In this document: positions 62,136-64,000 of the stretch, piece by piece
Numbering within the stretch: position 1 is the first letter of the stretch
Layout of the letters: each line of letters opens with the position of its first letter
Assembly (NCBI GenBank): GCA_963803145.1
Contig: CAWDLW010000015.1
Coordinates: forward strand, 320,001 to 384,000
Source of the DNA: Methanotrichaceae archaeon
Lineage (GTDB): Archaea > Halobacteriota > Methanosarcinia > Methanotrichales > Methanotrichaceae
DNA length: 64,000 nt
Direction: 5' to 3'
Translations under genes and position numbers: made by a program
Notes under the pieces: model-generated
The model's database searches: none
Told to the model about the DNA's origin: nothing
The model's input: only the letters and a program-made list of their open reading frames with translations

Positions 62136-63356
62136 CTAAGCCTCGTTAATGGTGTGAGGCACAACCAGCCTGATACATAGCCCAGATAGGATGCAGAATA
62201 CGCCAAGATACGTGAATACAATGAGGAAGTTTCCTCCAGTTACATCCAATATATATCCGCTAAGCGATGGTCCGAGCAGCCCAGAAACAAAGCCATAGGC
62301 TGTGAATACCAGTCCGAATATGGCCCCAAAATGTTTGAAGCCGAAGCAGTCATAGACCAATGGAGCTGAGACGGTAAATAAAGTACCATGTGATAGCCCC
62401 ACAAAAGCTGCCAGTATAGAGCACACCATGAGATCGCTGCTATGAGGCAAGATAAGATAGGCGCCGCCTGCCGCAAAGAAAACAATGCTCATTGTCGTGT
62501 TTCGGCCAATAACGTCTGATAGGTATCCTGATATCAAGCGTCCTATGCCATTGGCAATATTGAACGCTATTAGAATGAAGACTGCAGATTCTAGAGTGAA
62601 CCCTCTTGATAGACCGTAGCTCGTCGAGAGCACAACCATGGAGATAGTCGCTGCACCCTGCATCGCCCAGGTGCTCCAGAGAAACCAGAAGCTGCGAGTT
62701 CGAGTGCTTTCCCGTAGCGTTAGAGACGCTTCAGGCTCTCTGATATCCATAGCCTTCGCCCCTGAAGACAGCCTTGTCGCTGCAGGTATGATATCTGGGG
62801 CCTTAACAATATAAACGGCTCCAAGACCGGTTATAAGCGATATGATCGCTATAGCTAGGTTCATTGTAAGATATCCGAGAGAATTCAGCATATACCCGAA
62901 TAATGGCGACATAATGGCAGCCGATAATCCAAAAGTAAGGTTCACTACGCCAGATACAAGGCCCCTTTTCTGTGGATACAGCCTCTGGACTATAGTCAAT
63001 GCCGGAGTATAGATAAAGCTGGATGAAGCGCCTATTATAAAAGCCCACGCATAGAGCCATACAATGCCGGATGCATAGCCGGCAATGATGGCGCTGAGGC
63101 TGCAAGTGAGAACGCCTATTGCAATCATTGCCTTGGTACCATAGCGCTCTTGCCAGTATCCTGCCAGAAACATGAAGATTCCTACAGCAGCAAGAACGAA
63201 GAATAGTATATTCCCTGTTTCTCCGCGGCCGATGTGAAACATGCCTTGCCATGTAGGCGCCATTACTCCTGGAAAGCCGAAGATCAGGGCACCAGGCCAG
63301 AAGATGGCAATTGAGCAGCCAATAATGATTAAAATGCTGTTCTTATCTTCCGACAT
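62136..63356 (-). CDS. MFS transporter, oxalate/formate antiporter (OFA)-like
   Basis: About 12 TM helices; P.KRGL.SG, N..GR...G.LSD.IGR, FG.K.FG..FG...TA. Confidence 0.85.
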   Translation of the reverse strand: MSEDKNSILIIIGCSIAIFWPGALIFGFPGVMAPTWQGMFHIGRGETGNILFFVLAAVGIFMFLAGYWQERYGTKAMIAIGVLTCSLSAIIAGYASGIVWLYAWAFIIGASSSFIYTPALTIVQRLYPQKRGLVSGVVNLTFGLSAAIMSPLFGYMLNSLGYLTMNLAIAIISLITGLGAVYIVKAPDIIPAATRLSSGAKAMDIREPEASLTLRESTRTRSFWFLWSTWAMQGAATISMVVLSTSYGLSRGFTLESAVFILIAFNIANGIGRLISGYLSDVIGRNTTMSIVFFAAGGAYLILPHSSDLMVCSILAAFVGLSHGTLFTVSAPLVYDCFGFKHFGAIFGLVFTAYGFVSGLLGPSLSGYILDVTGGNFLIVFTYLGVFCILSGLCIRLVVPHTINEA

Positions 63357-63477
63357 TTATGTTGCCTTTCCATGTAATAAAGCCGATTGGATCTTCATCC
63401 CTCAGTCATAGCTAAGTATCAGATTTCTTGCCGATTAACCTCAATAGATATACTATTAAGCTTTGAATGAAAGAAGC

Positions 63478-64000
63478 GGTCGTGTATGCGCATAAAAGAA
63501 ATAGTATGAAATGCATAGTATAATGACATAATAGATGTCAGAAATTAATTTGGCCAATTATTGGTGTTGTTATGACGGTTGCTCAGATTATGGCAAGAGA
63601 GATTTAGGCAACATAGTGATAAAAGAACGTTATGGAAAGAATGATCGAGCAATGTTGAAATGCAGGATATGTGGTCATTGTTTCAGTGAGACTCGCGGGA
63701 CAATCTTTTTTGGGCTGAATACGCCTGATGATGAAGTTCTGAAGGCTCTATCCCAGCTTGTTGAGAAAGGCAGTATTCGTGGAGTTGCAAGAGCTACAGG
63801 CTACGATAAAAATACAATCTGTCGATGGCTTAAAAGGGCTGCAAAGCATTGTCAGGAGGTAAATGAGTACTTCCTGCACGATCTTCACCTTACCCAAGTG
63901 CAGATAGACGAAATATGGACATTCTGTAAAAAAACAAAAAAATGTCAGCACACATGATCCAGATGGCGTCGGTGATGTATATAGCCTGACAGCAACGAGT
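63478..64000 (+). mobile_element. IS1-family element, truncated by the window end (ORF 63535-63957)
   Basis: C....C.DYG Zn ribbon, CRICGHCFSET.GT, HTH, QIDEIWTF, then an A-rich frameshift tract. Confidence 0.85.

Noticed and set aside
610-63951. Numerous antisense or overlapping ORFs in the track (e.g. 2527-3096, 4544-5233, 15684-16424, 53374-53814, 57765-58454)
   Set aside because: They are shadows of well-supported genes on the other strand or frame and lack recognisable motifs.
1-64000. tRNA or rRNA genes
   Set aside because: No cloverleaf or rRNA-like sequence was recognised by eye; tRNAscan-SE would be needed to exclude them.

Overview
Archaeal methanogen DNA, most likely Methanothrix/Methanotrichaceae-like (inferred from methanogenesis marker 8, a fwd/fmd operon, Nop5, topoisomerase VI and archaeal RPA). 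1-17.3 kb is core housekeeping: ligase N-terminus, ftsZ, alaX, nop5, rpa, top6BA, trm112, pyrG. 17.4-28.6 kb is accessory: an SF2 helicase-HNH gene, toxin-antitoxin modules, IS701 and IS1 elements, and a family of ~120-bp GC-rich repeats between the genes. 33.5-38.9 kb is a formylmethanofuran dehydrogenase operon. 39-53.5 kb is an AT-rich island full of IS elements and holds the two most interesting systems. (1) A candidate archaeal RiPP cluster: an unannotated 33-aa precursor (MKYEKPEI...CEGCGCGT), a PqqD/RRE, a prenyltransferase/squalene-cyclase-fold protein, and a radical SAM/SPASM gene split cleanly by an IS66-family element. (2) An operon of a membrane protein, a caspase and an NB-ARC/TPR (NLR-like) protein, hit twice by IS630 elements. 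53.9-63.4 kb is a formate dehydrogenase / FmdE / F420-subunit / ModABC / OFA-type MFS module. The window ends inside an IS1-family element. Family assignments come from motif recognition by eye; no database searches were run.
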